From NCBI RefSeq assembly GCF_009914755.1, contig NC_060932.1: a stretch of 64,000 nucleotides of DNA; one strand, given 5' to 3'. Numbering within the stretch: the first letter of the stretch is position 1; every line of letters begins with the position of its first letter. The notes below the pieces were generated by a model. The model did not search any database. It worked only from the letters and a program-made list of their open reading frames with translations, and was not told where the DNA came from. Of the stretch, positions 21,720 to 41,697 are shown piece by piece. The DNA is from the human T2T-CHM13v2.0 reference genome, Homo sapiens. Made by a program: the position numbers and the translations under genes.

Positions 21720-21759
21720 CTTTGGGAAGAAAAAGAACAGAAAGGGGATAAGATGTTAA

Positions 21760-21963
21760 ACGGGTGGTTTGCAGTGTAGGGGCATCTGTCAACGTCTGGA
21801 TACATTTCTGGTTGCCACAACTTGGAGGGGGTGTGCTGCTATTCGTATCCAGCAGGTAGAGGACAAGGATGATACTGAACATCTTACAACGTATAGCACA
21901 GCCCCCCACGACAAAGGCCTGTCTAGTCTAAACTGTCCACAGTGCTGAGGTTGAGAAACTCTG
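21760..21963 (+). mobile_element. MER20 DNA transposon just upstream of the exon 3 acceptor
   Basis: tctggatacatttctggttgccacaact...ggtagaggacaaggatgatactgaacatcttacaa...cagtgctgaggttgagaaactctg matches MER20. Confidence 0.75.
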
Positions 21964-22333
21964 GGTTAAACCAATGAAAAGGGCAGCACTCTTGGTAGAG
22001 TAGCAGAATCCGGCCAATGGGAGGGATTTAGACATTGAAATTGAAGTTCAAAATACATAATTAACTCAGAGCTAAAGGAAGCAGATTCCTTGGCTTCTGA
22101 TAAGGCTATATCCCACGAGGGTTGAGCACATCACAGGAACTCAATAACTACCTGATGAATTAATGAAATATCAGAATTACCATAAGGTTCCATGGTTTTA
22201 CCCTTAAAAAAAAGAAAAAAAAAACTTGGAAGACACTCATTCTGTTAGCTCTAAAAGCTTGTACTAGTGGACATCATTTATAGAGCCAGGAACTCTGGAA
22301 AAGGAATTTATACATTCTTAGAAACCAGAGGGT

Positions 22334-23352
<1,019 letters not shown>

Positions 23353-23505
23353 TAACCACCGCTATCATCATCCCCACCACCATGATTTTGTAATTGAGGA
23401 ATTGAATTAAACTCTTTCTCTTGAGATTTGTCTGTTTCTTCTCTCTCAGAACGAAGCATGGTAAGAGGAAGAAGAGAGGTCAAGCAGGAAGAGGCAGAAA
23501 CTCAC

Positions 23506-23948
23506 CATCCGAGGCCGAGGAGGACTCATCCTCATTGTCATCTTCATCCCACTGGGACTGAAAGTCTCCGGGACGAAGCAGCACTTTTTCTGGCTTTGAA
23601 GTCGGCAGGACAGACATGGACTGGGAAAGAGGCGTCTTCTGCAAATTTGACTTGGAAAGTAAGGTCTTGATCTTTGATTTCTTTTTCTTGTCTTTAACCA
23701 CAGACTCATCATCACTGTCGACCGAAGGTGTCGTGCTAGGGATGATGGCGGAGGCGGTGTCTGACCCACTGTCCTTATTCTTCCCCTTGATCTTGTCCTT
23801 CAGCTTTCCAAATGGATTCCGAGACTTGTCTTTCATAGAAAGGTCAAACATGCTGGCAGTCATGTTGTTTCTCATAAACTGGATGTCAACCTCAATTTCT
23901 CCTCGCTCCTTGTCCTTCTTTCCTGGTTTGGATTTCAACTTATACCAC
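23506..23948 (-). CDS. RAB11FIP1: RAB11FIP1 exon 2 (443 nt): end of C2 domain, NPF, lysine-rich and acidic segments
   Basis: Acceptor tttcag|GTGGTAT completes Q-WYKLKSKPGKKDKERGEIEV; donor G|GTGAGT at 23505-23500. Confidence 0.97.
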
Positions 23949-24097
23949 CTGAAAGGAGAAAGGCTGAGGAGTTACCTTTGAATGGAAGCAACTGCAACAA
24001 TGTTCACAATCCCCATGAACTGGCCTCTCCTCTCTGCTACCAGCAGCCTCTTCAATGCATGCATTCTCATGCTTTCTCTTCGGGAAGTGGTAGATGA

Positions 24098-27183
<3,086 letters not shown>

Positions 27184-28600
27184 TGTGAGCCCAGTTTGTA
27201 GCAAGACCATACAATGGGACAAATAACTCCAAATACCTGGTCTATAGTGAGCTGTCCACCAGGTCACCCTCACAAACTGAGAACTCACATTCTGAAGTTC
27301 TTTTCGGTGACCTATTTAAGAGCGGAAGGTAGTGGACTTAAAGGAAATGATGGTTTTGCCCAAATGAGCACAACTTCCTCTTTCACCTTCAGCCATGGCT
27401 GGTGGCTCGCTCACAGGGCAGATCCCTGCCCCCACTGCTACGGCTCCTTCTACACTTAGAGGAAAGGCACAGGGGAAAGTCGAAACCTAACACCTAAACA
27501 GCACCTGTGGCATACCTGACACTGCCTACGCACAGAGACATCTTCATTTCAGCCTCACAAGAACGACACGGAGTAGATATTATACCCATTTTATAGATGA
27601 AGAAATTGAAGCTCAGAGGTCTGAGAACTGGCACAAGGTCTTGCAACCACTATGGGGTACAGCTAGGATTCCAAATCAGTTTCCCCTATTCTTTCTCCTA
27701 TTCTTTCCCCTACACCAAGACTCCTGCTTTAAATTCTCTCCTAATTTATCTTGGATGGGCCATCTTTTGTAACATAGAGAAAAGAGGGTTCAAATTTAAA
27801 TTCTTTTTGAGAAACATTTAAGCTTCTCATTTAAATGTCCAAAGATGAAAGAAGAAAGGAAGGAAACTAACATAGCTTGCCATCAGTCATAAATCGTTGA
27901 GATTACTTAAAGGCCAGTATACAAAGTCATCAAGAAGAACTTAAAATGAATTCACAAAATACAGCAAGGAGAGGATAAAATTATATGAGCTATAATTTTG
28001 GACCCTTAGGAGACAAATCTTTTATGGTTTTTATAACCTCAATCCAGAGCTGGGCAGGCGGGGAGTGGTGGGTGTTGCAAGACGCAAGGTCTTTTTTTAT
28101 TTTTTATTTTTTGCAACAGGGTCTCACTCTCTTGCCCAGGCTGGAGTGCAGTGGTGCGATCATAGCTCACTGCAGCCCTGGACTCCTGGGCTCAAGTGGA
28201 AAATGCAAGGTCTTTATAGACAATGTCACCCTTGCCAGCCTAGTGTCTGTCCAATACATTTTCCAGGGCCTGGCCTGGAATTGTCTGCATATTTGTCACT
28301 TCAATTTTGAGAGGATTATTTATATTTTTCTCTTCTGACAGTCATGTGGTAAATGGTAGCCTTGGTGATGAAGGGTGTTTAGCTTTTGTAAATACCAGTT
28401 GCAGGCACCTGAAAAGGAGAAGTTGCTGAACGCTAACTGAGGAGGTTTCGATGACCTCACCAACCGCAGGCGGGCAGCACGCTTCACCTCCCCGCCCAGG
28501 GCAGGAGCTTCAGGCAGGGGTTTCTCCACAGCTCTTCCACACGGGCCCTTCTATTAGCCCTCCACGGGGATGCACAAATGTGACAGGCCTCCAAAGCAGC

Positions 28601-29137
28601 TGTCAGAGGCATTCAAACCAGTGCAACTCCATCTTGAGTGAGGGCTAGGAAAATGAGGCTGGGACTTGCTGCGCTGCATTCCCAGAAAGTTAGGTATTCC
28701 TAGCCTCTAGATGTTTATGGGTAAGGGAACAGATGGATAATGTTTACCAAACAGACCCAGACTTGGGAGTGTTCTAATATCCCCAAATCTGGAGAACAAA
28801 GGCTATCCTAATTTTGCTTTGAAGCTAATAATATTGATTCTCACAAAATATAGTAATTAAGAAAATTAATCCTTTATCACAAACCCTTGTAGTAGGGCAC
28901 ATCTCTCAATGATCTTTTTATCCTGTGTATGAATAAGCATAGTGCCTAGAGTGGAGGTGTTCCTCCTCTTACTTTCGGGAACGTCCTACTCTGTCTATGG
29001 AGTAGCTGTACCTTCAATACTTTGCTTTCTTAATAAACTTGCTTTTACTTTGCACTGCAGACTTGCCCTGAATTCTTTCTTGCGGGAGACCAAACACTCT
29101 CTTTTGGGGTCTGGATCAGGACCCCTTTCCTGTAACA
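28601..29137 (+). mobile_element. MER41-family ERV1 solo LTR (MER41C/D-like), antisense to RAB11FIP1
   Basis: Starts tgtcagaggcattcaaaccagtgcaactccatcttg and ends tctggatcaggacccctttcctgtaaca; AATAAA at 29032-29037; flanks cagc/tagc (4-bp TSD, one mismatch). Confidence 0.85.
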
Positions 29138-30475
29138 TAGCCAGTTGACAATTCCAAGGGCCAGCCTTGCCTTTCCGAAAGTATCAGTGAGGTTTTCTTT
29201 GCACTTCCTAATGGTTTTTGAGCAAAACTACAACCGATTCCAGAATCCTCCCTCGGGACCAATTATTACCTGATTCTCAGGTCCAATCCCTGGGTCCTAA
29301 AGTGGGATTTGCTTTGGAAACTTCCAACACCATTAGGAAGTGCAAATATAAACGTCACCAACTGTTCTTGCTGCTTAATTTCACAAGCAAACCTAAAGCC
29401 AAACACCAGGTAGCCAGGCACCAGCCACGGGGCTATTGAAGGATATGAAACAGGCTGAATCACAGGCCAGCAGGGAAACAGCCCAGGCAAAGAGGCAGAA
29501 TTTACAAATCTGTGCTCCATGTATTAAAGCTGGAAAGCAAAACAAGAATTGTTTCGTTTTTTTTTTTTTCTGGTTTTTTTTTCTTGGTGTTTGTTTGTTT
29601 GTCTGTTTGTTTTAGAGACTGAGTCTCACTCTATCGCCCAGGCTGGAGTGCAGTGACGTGATCTCAGCTCACTGCAACCTCCTCCTCCTGGGTTCAACCG
29701 ATTCTCCTGCCTCAGCTTGCTGAGTAGCTGGGATTACAGGCGTGCGCAACTATGCCCAACTAATTTTATGTTGGCCAGGCTGGTCTCAAACTCTTGACCT
29801 CAGGTGATCCGCCTGCCTCAGCCTCCCCAAGTGTTGGGATTACAGGCGTGAGCCACTGTGCCCAGCCAAGAATTGTTTCTTTTACTAGCAATATTATCCT
29901 CAAATTCAAAAACAGTTTAAGCAAGGGATGTTTGATAGAAGCATACTTTGATAAGACAGTGAAAGCCACAGTGCTTGAATATCTTGCCCTAAGAAATCCC
30001 AAACCAGAAGAACACATCTGGGGATTTTTATATTTAAGATCAACCCAGTTTCTAAGTGTTACTGCCCATGTGTTTTTCAGTTCACTTAATTCCTGCACCT
30101 CACAGAAGTAGCTCATAAATAATAAAGTCCCAGCCTAGCAACACAGCATGTGATGGCAGCGTGGGTGTGTTCCAGTATTATCTTTCACGTAGGCCCTGAA
30201 AGCTTGAATTATCTCAGAAATCAGGGTTGGGTCCATTTCCCTAGTCCAAAGGGCAGAAAAAGAGAGCCATAATCCCAATGTAGCAAGTTTATTTTTAAGC
30301 CCATATTCTGAAAAAATCTTGCCACCTATCAAAAGTAAAAATCAAATGATCCCTTCAATAAACAAATTATTATTGCTTATCATTAAACTCAGTCCTGCAA
30401 GAATTAAAAGGATCTCTGGATATGTAGAAAGTGACATAATTTTATTTATTTATTTATTTATTTATTTATTTTTGA

Positions 30476-30697
<222 letters not shown>

Positions 30698-30952
30698 TGA
30701 TCCACCTGCTTCGGCCTCCCAAAGTGCTGGGAATACAGGCGTGAGCTACCACACCCGGCCAACATAAAATTTCTATAAACTATATACACACACATATATA
30801 TTTTGAGATGGGGTCTTGCTCTGTTGTCCAGGCTGGAGTACAGTGCACATTCATAGCTCACAGCAGCTTCAAAGTTCTAGGCTCAAGCCATCCTCCCACC
30901 TCAGCCTCTTGAGGAGCTGGGACTAAAAGCATGTGCCACCACACCCAACTAG

Positions 30953-31244
<292 letters not shown>

Positions 31245-31393
31245 TAGTCTTTTGTTTTGTTTTAGAGATAGGGTCTTGCTATGCTGCCCAGGCTGGTCTT
31301 AAATTCCTGGCCACACAGAATCCTCTCACCTCAGTCTCTCATAGTGCCTGGGATTACAGGTGTGAGCCATTGCACTCGGCCTATATTTTTTAA

Positions 31394-31516
<123 letters not shown>

Positions 31517-31519
31517 TGA

Positions 31520-31711
<192 letters not shown>

Positions 31712-33630
31712 TAATAACAGGCATTGGGTAAAAATTCAAATCATACAAAATGGTATAGGATGAAAAATTCCATCTTCCCACCCCTCCTGATCCCATGCCC
31801 CTCAGTCTCCATACCAGAGACAACCACTATTATCAGTTTTATACACCCTCCCAAATGGTGGTCCTGCCACAGACAAGCAAAACTGTGTATTATCCAAATA
31901 GGCTACCCTGCAGTTTTTGTTTTTGGGGATCTTATTTTTTTTTGGTCAAACACAAGACAAGGCACAGATAAAAGTATACAAAAAGTCATTTAAGTTTTCT
32001 ACACTTTCAAAAAGATGTTTTATGAAGAGAAATAAGGGAACACAGAAAAAGAATGAGCTAAATACAATGCAGAAAAAAACATGAGCCTGTGCCCACACAC
32101 AAGAGTGGTGTGCAGGGCACCCCTGAGTAGCCCACTGGGAAGCCCGTGCCTGCATCCATACTGTGAAATCTCTTGGGCTTTTCAGTCCTTCTGGAACAGC
32201 TAAGACCATTCAACCATGCCCTATCCTCAGGGCCGGTGTGCCTCAGAACATGGAGTTGGCTTCCCAAACATACCCAGAGCTGATCCCAGGGGGCCTTCTG
32301 TCGGAATGTGGCAGGGTCAGGGCAGCATGGCTCTTGCTATGGGGAAATGAAAAGCCTTCCCGTGCAGCCCTGCAGATATTCACGATTACGCTGGTAAAGG
32401 ACTGACTGGTATGTCTCAAAAATAATCTTTCTGCAGCTGAAACAAACATGTTTTTTCCCTTTAGAACATTCCAGAGAGCAGACATATGCAGAGAAATGAT
32501 GCCTTCGGAGATTCAGTTCCAACGTTTTTACATGCCAGACGCTGGAAATACAGAGAATGAGGAGGACTAAAAAGCTTTCCCTGCAATGGGATGGGGAACA
32601 GGCTCACCCAAGATCACAAAGCATTTGTTACATTGGGGCAACTGCTTCCAACTTTCTAACTTTCAGGCATGAGAGAAATTAATTACAGGTAAAACTCTTG
32701 CTGAAGTACACAATTTCATCACAATAATGACTCACATACAAATAAGGTTTCAGGTCATTTAAGCCCCAACAGGCTATCAGAACCACCTATCTAGGGACTG
32801 TTCAGGAAGTGAATAAATACTGCATCCCCGTATTAAACACAGGTCTCCAGGAAAGGCCAGGCAAGGAGGACCACCAGCTCTCTGGGTTACCTCCACACTT
32901 TACATGTGTCAGTGTTAATTTCAAGGGATCATCATTTCTGTATCCAGTTTGGACTCCGGGTTCGGTGAGGACTGCCTACTTCCTTGGCTACACAAAATCC
33001 CAATCCTGACTTATAGCATGAGTCATCTCCACGTTAACCAGGCATCATGACACAGGGGATGATGGCCTCGAGTGAGGAAAGAAGCAGGAAGAACAGAACC
33101 ACCCCTGACCTAGTGTGGGACAGAGGACACACTTAACCTTTCTTAGATGAAGAAATTTTAAAAGCAGTCCATGAACTGTCTTCCCCAGGAAATAAAAAAT
33201 CAGGCTGCAAATCATGTAGTTAGCAGTTGAGAACATCTTTTAAAAAGGATCTGAAAAGGAGTGATTGCATATGGGTAAAACGTCCAGTCTCTTCTTCTGG
33301 TCACCTAGAAGCCATGCACAGCAGACAGACAGAAATGTTTATGACCTATAAAACATCTGTGCTGTGTACCTTCCAGAAGCTATGCAGTTTAACGAGCGCT
33401 GGTATTGAAGAAGGTAGCTAGTCATCATAACCTAACTCTGAACACAGAATTACCCATCAGCCGACATTGCCTCCCTAGACCTTGCCCTCTGCCCATTGTC
33501 AGCTACTTGGAAAAATTCGTAAATCATGAGAGTGGCAAATAGGTCATGGCTTGTTTTTTTGACCTTAATTCCCAAAACAGCCACTCCAGCAGCATGGAAA
33601 GGCTGTTTGTAGCCACCAAACTGAATTCTA

Positions 33631-33969
<339 letters not shown>

Positions 33970-34457
33970 CTAATCTGACCATTGCCTTTTTATAAATCTT
34001 CTTTAAGTCTTTTTCCCATACATTTTAACAACTAGCAGCTGAGAAACCTTAGGCAAGATATTTAACCTCTCTGTGGGACAGGATCCTCTTCTGAAACAGG
34101 GTTAGGAACACCCACCTCATAAGAATGTTAGGAAGATTAAATGGCTTAATGTATGCAAAGTGCTTAGAACAGTACCTGGCCATAAGTCTTAGCTATAACT
34201 CCTACTTAGCTGTACATATGCAATTTTCTTTGTAGTGCATTATACATTACTGGCTTATAATCGTCAAACTTATAATTTTGAATGGCTAAATGATATTCCG
34301 TGAAGTGGGTATATGCCATAGTTTATCTACCCATTCAGATGATTCTCTAAAGGGAACTTAGGATTTTAACAGTTTTGACACACTGTATTACTAACCACCC
34401 TAACTTATCGACCAAATATAAATAACAATGATTTGCATTTGAAGGGAACAGAAATGA

Positions 34458-34799
<342 letters not shown>

Positions 34800-36348
34800 T
34801 AGCTACATTTCCAAACTTAAAAGATATATAAAATTTTTAACAAACCATGATCAGTGTGTACTTTCTTTAAAAAAAAAAATGTATTTGTTTTCATTTTTTT
34901 CAGACGGGCTCTGTTGCCCAAGCTGGACTGCAGTGATGCCATCACGGCTCACTGCAGTCTCAACTTCCCAGGCTCAAGCAATCCTCCCACCTTAGCCTAC
35001 AAAGTAGCTAGGATTACAGGCGTGCACCACCACACTCTGCTAATGTTTTATTTTTTGTAGAGACAGGGTCTCATCATGTTGCTTAAGCTGGTTTTAAACT
35101 CCTGGATTCAAGTGATCCTCCCAAAGTACTGGGATTACAGGAATGAGCCACCACTGCACCCAGCCCCTCAGTGTATACGTTCTGCAACTTTTTTTTTTTT
35201 TTTTTTTTTTTTTGAGATGGAGTCTCGCTTTTTTGCCCAGGCCGGACTGCAGTGGCGCTATCTCAGCTCACTGCAAGCTCCACCTCCTGGGTTCACGCCA
35301 TTCTCCTGCCTCAGCCTCCTGAGTAGCTGGGATTACAAGCACCCGCCACCGCGCCCAGCTAAATTTTTGTATTTTTAGTAGAGATGGGGTTTCACCATGT
35401 TAGCCAAGATGGTCTCGATCTCCTGACCTCGTGATCTGCCCGCCTCGGCCTCGCAAAGTGCTGGGATTACAGGCATGAGCCACCGCGCCCGGCTTTACTT
35501 TCCGCAACTTATTGAGAGATGTCATGATCCTTATGGACCCCTTCAGGGTTTCTACACAGAAAAGAAAGAGACAAGAAACAGAGGGCCCTCGAACTCTCAG
35601 AAATAGGCCAAGATGGCATAATTAAGTCTATGAATCAAGATAGGTTTTCTAAGTGGAGAGCAATACTAAATTTCTTGTAGGTGAAGACTAAAGGAAATAC
35701 CAAGCATCTTTATTTTAACAATTCTCTAAGAATTAGAAAAATTAACTCATTTTTAAACATTTAAGTCTACCACACCCATCATCATGACTTACCAATTCTT
35801 TACAAAGCTCGATCCTATCTCAAAAAGCCACATATGTTAATATTCTACCATCAAATCCAGTATCTCACCTCTTGCTCAAATGTAAATGCCACTGATGCAT
35901 TTATTTGTTCTGTCAAAGAATATTGTCTTGGGGCAACCATGGGGTCCTCACATACAGAGACTTTAAGAATGGAAAAATAAAATGCAATAGTTTGGTTCAC
36001 CACCCCTTAACCAGGACAAAAGAAAACAAACTTCAGCATGACTGACATCAGAGAACACTCAGCCCTTCCTCACCACATAAACTCCCATACTTCTTGCCAT
36101 GAGAGTTTCTGGCAAGGAAGCAGAGTATCTATGATTTATTCCATAAGCAAGGTAAGTCCAAAGGAAGGGAAAATAATTACACCAAAAGCATTTCTTTTTT
36201 TTTTTCTTTGAGACAGAGTCACCCGGGCTGGAGTGCAGTGGCGGGATCTTGGCTCACCGCAAGCTCTGCCTCCCAGGTTCAAGTGATTCTTCTGCCTCAG
36301 CCACCTGAGTAGCTGGGATAACAGGTGCCCGCCACCATACCTGGCTAA

Positions 36349-36489
<141 letters not shown>

Positions 36490-37063
36490 TAAATCCTGTT
36501 TTAATAACAAATGATTAGTAAAAATGAAAAGTTCTATTTTGGTGAACCACATGTCACAGTTCTCTGCATGGGAAAGGAGCAGACTGAAGAAACATCTGGG
36601 GCCCCAGTCGACTGCTACTGTATTTCACACAGGATGCCCATTCTTTTATAATAACCAGAGGCCTCTTTAGACCAGGCTTTCTAGAGGCCTTAATTGTTCT
36701 ACCTAGACGCTAGCCATGTCCTTTTTTAAAAAGTGAAGTGGCAGTCACACCTCTAGAAATATTTTTTGGGGATTTCTTATAAATGCCTTCCCTCTACTCC
36801 ATTCAAAGGCCAGCATTCAGGAAAAGATACTTAATTACCATTGCCTTTTTTCTCTCCACAGGCACATTCCTAAATGTGTCCCCCAGGAACACCCTGGAGA
36901 CTAAAGCCCTTGATTTTCCTCTAACAGATTATCAACAATCGTCTCCCTGCAGGAGAGGAATTTCTGTCTCATTAGTGGTGAAAACTGCCTCCTTTGCCAC
37001 AGGCATCATTAGCCAGCAAGCCGCAGAAAGTAACCTGCTTCTTCAAGAAGAAAAGGGTACTCA

Positions 37064-37258
<195 letters not shown>

Positions 37259-38826
37259 TCATACTTCGGACATCCCCAGTCTGTAATCTACCAGGCTAAA
37301 CATAAGATTAAATGCTTCTCCACGTTCACCCAGGCAATCTACTGCCTGCCCTGTGCCTACAGGAACCACAACCACTGCCTCCCTCACAGATGCATTTATT
37401 GAGCCCCTACGCTGGGTAACACAGCAAAGGACACAACAGACATGGTCCCTGTCCCAGAGGAAAACAGGGCAAAGTCAGGCTTGGTCTCCTCCTGAGCCAG
37501 CTGGGGCATGAGATCTGAACCAGGACATCTTATGGAGAGCAAAACCTCTCTCGTTGCCAATACAAGGGTCTGGGGGTTAATTTTGTTGTAATTCAGAGAC
37601 CCTTAGGTCTAGAGATCTGTGCCAGACCCAGAACCAAAGGCCACCTAGGGAAGTGCTCTGAGATGAAGATAAGGCCTAAAATGACCTCCCATCACTCTCT
37701 CTATTCAAGGCTAGACCTTCTTAATCCTTCTGGAGCTAAGCCAGAGCTAGCTGTCCCTCCTTCAAAAGTATAGGGTAAGAAGCACAATTTTCCAGGGCGT
37801 ATAGCAATGAAAACCATAGTATCTTAATGGATGTCTAAGATTATTGTTAAGGGATAGGAAGAGTAATGTCAGCAAATACATGTTAGAGTTGATGGCATTT
37901 TAATAAGCATGTGGATTGCTTGTAATGTAATTATAACATTTTTTAGTTAATAACTACAATTAAAATGACATATCAGATACTATTTATAAAAACCTTCCTC
38001 TGATGGGAGTTACAGAAATACAATAGAAGTCTTTGTAACCAAAGGCAGTTTAAGTAAAATGAGAAAGGCACAAGACTCTTTTCTATGCTTACAGTTCGTA
38101 ATGCAAAAAACATTTAACTGGTTCACTTACTTGAGAATTTTTTTTTCATTTATGGGTCTAACTTTACTAATGTTATATATTATGTTCTCCTTTTCTTAGT
38201 CCTATATCCCTTAAAGCAGTGACTTCATCTGCTGTGTGACAGCACATCAATGAGATCACAGCAGCTCTGCTGTTACAAGACAAAGACTTGGCGGTACTGA
38301 GTGGGTAATCACTTGCAGACACATACATACACGCCCTGGTTTCAATGGCATTTCCTAGTAATTCACTTCAACAGAAATCTCCAACAGAAATCTCCACTCA
38401 CAGGTGTCACAGCCCAAAGCTGTCTTTGTAATGGTGACCTCACCCTGGTATCACAGTGACTGTAAGGGAAAGAAAGCAGCTGCCACTTCCTGGTTCACTT
38501 TCAACACCAAGCTCTCCTGATTTTATGTGTTCATTCTTATTACTTTCTTTCCCTCTCACCCTACCATATCCAATCCATCATATGTCAGGTCAGTTGAACC
38601 TCCAAGATATTTCTTAAATCCACCACCTCTGTCCACCTCCACAGGTGGCTTGGACATCATTCTAGTCCAAGCCACCACCATCCACCATCTAGATTACTGC
38701 AACAGCCTCCCATTTTGTCTGTCCAATTCTAGGTTAGGCCAGCTTCAAATCCATTCTCTACCCAAGAGCCACGGTGATCTCTGACAAATAAATTGGACCG
38801 TATCAACCCACTACTTTTATTTATAT

Positions 38827-38865
<39 letters not shown>

Positions 38866-38871
38866 TTTTGA

Positions 38872-39072
<201 letters not shown>

Positions 39073-39512
39073 TGATCCACCCACCTTGGCCTCCCAAAGT
39101 ACTGGGATTATAGGTGTAAGCCACTGTGCCCAGCCCCCACTGCTTTTAATTTTAACACTCAGTGGCTTACCATTCCTCCTAAGTAAAGCCTCGCCTTCCT
39201 CTTCAGCCTCATCTTACACAAGCACGCCCCCACTTCCCAGGTATTCCTGCCTCAGGGCCTTTGCACAGGCTGCTACTCCTCCACCAGGCCCCCTTCCTCC
39301 ACTCCTCACTAGAAAAATTCCTCTTCTTTCTTCAGCTCTCTGCCTCAGAGAGGCTACCTGCAATCTCCTTCTTTAAATCATGTCCTTCCTGCCCTTTTCT
39401 TCTATAATATCCTGTCCTCTTTCTCCACAGTACTTACCACAATATATGATTATTTATTTGTGAGTTCTTTTTTCTTTTTTTTTTTTTTTTGAGACAGAAT
39501 CTCACTCTATAG

Positions 39513-39761
<249 letters not shown>

Positions 39762-39980
39762 TAATGCCTACTCCCCTACAAGGCTCTGGGCTTCCTGAAA
39801 GCAGGGATCATCCCTGTTTTCTTCACCATTGTTTACACTGTATATCTAGCACCTGGCACATAGTAGGCATTAAAAAATATTGACTACAAGAATGGATGAG
39901 GCTGAGCAAGGTGGCGCACACCTGTAATCCCAGCACTTCAGGAGGCTACAGCAGGAGGACTGCTTGAGCCCTGGAGTTCA

Positions 39981-40204
<224 letters not shown>

Positions 40205-41166
40205 TTAGAAACAAGAAGATGGAAAAAAAGCAGGTAGAACTTTCTCCATACTAACTGAATGTCTTACAAATGAAATCATAAACAATACCAACAAAAAAAA
40301 ACCATGAGGGAATATCTTCCATGTCACCAGAACAACTCTGAAGGACTCTCATCCTTTTTAGTCATTTCATTCCTCTGTTATAAGCAGTTTAGGGTTGTTT
40401 ATTCTAGAACCTACAGAGAATTCAGGCTTGAGCACTGAGCTATCTCAGTTTCCTACACTAGAGTGGGAGGGGACTGTGGCTTCGAAAGACCTGGGGAGGT
40501 TTCCAGTAAGGCTCAATATTATCTTTAAGGGAAATTCCAAGAAAAGAAAAATGTAATCAGTAATAACATTACTTGAATTTTCCAACCTATTAAGCAAAAT
40601 CTAAATGTTCTTAGGAAACCTAAAGGTATAAAAACAAACACCCATTGCTTATAATTTGTGGATTATGGACCTCTGTGGTCATCTATGTCGTTTTTCTGCA
40701 TCCAACTCTCCCAGAAAAACAACTATCTAGCCCTTGCTTTTTTCTTTTTTTTAATAACCAACATTTCTGTTGGCAACTTATTTCAGCATCTTATTAAACT
40801 TGCAGTTCTTCCAAGTATCTAACCCTTTATAATACCTAAGTCCTTTCATATGCAACCAAATTCCCTCTTGAGTTTTAATAGATATAAGAACATGGCCCTT
40901 CATCACTCACACTCTCTCTTCATGTGGGGAGGACTATCGCAATATTAAGTTTCATGGTGTTTAGTTACACAACAGCCTTCTAGTCACCAGGCTGCATAAA
41001 TATTTGTTTTAATCTATACTTAAGAAATTACTTCCCTAAATTTTGTTGCTCTTAGTATCCAAAAAGGTTTTTCATTTTGATTTATATATACATAAATACA
41101 TATATATACATATATATATACATATATATATATATATACACACACACACATACATACATATTTTGA

Positions 41167-41414
<248 letters not shown>

Positions 41415-41613
41415 TAAAGTGCTGGGATTACAGGCATGAGCCACTACGCCCAGCCATATATATATATGTTTTTTTTTTTTAGAGACAGGCTTTTACTCTG
41501 TTGCCCAAGCTGGAGTGCAGTAGCCTGATCACAGTTCACCCTAACCTTTAACTCTTGAGCTCAAATGATCTTCTCACCTCAGCCTCCGGAATAGCTGGGA
41601 CTACAGGTGCCTG

Positions 41614-41616
<3 letters not shown>

Positions 41617-41696
<80 letters not shown>
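41617..41696. repeat. (AT)25 followed by T~30 in an Alu linker
   Basis: Counted directly. Confidence 0.92.
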
Positions 41697-41697
<1 letters not shown>

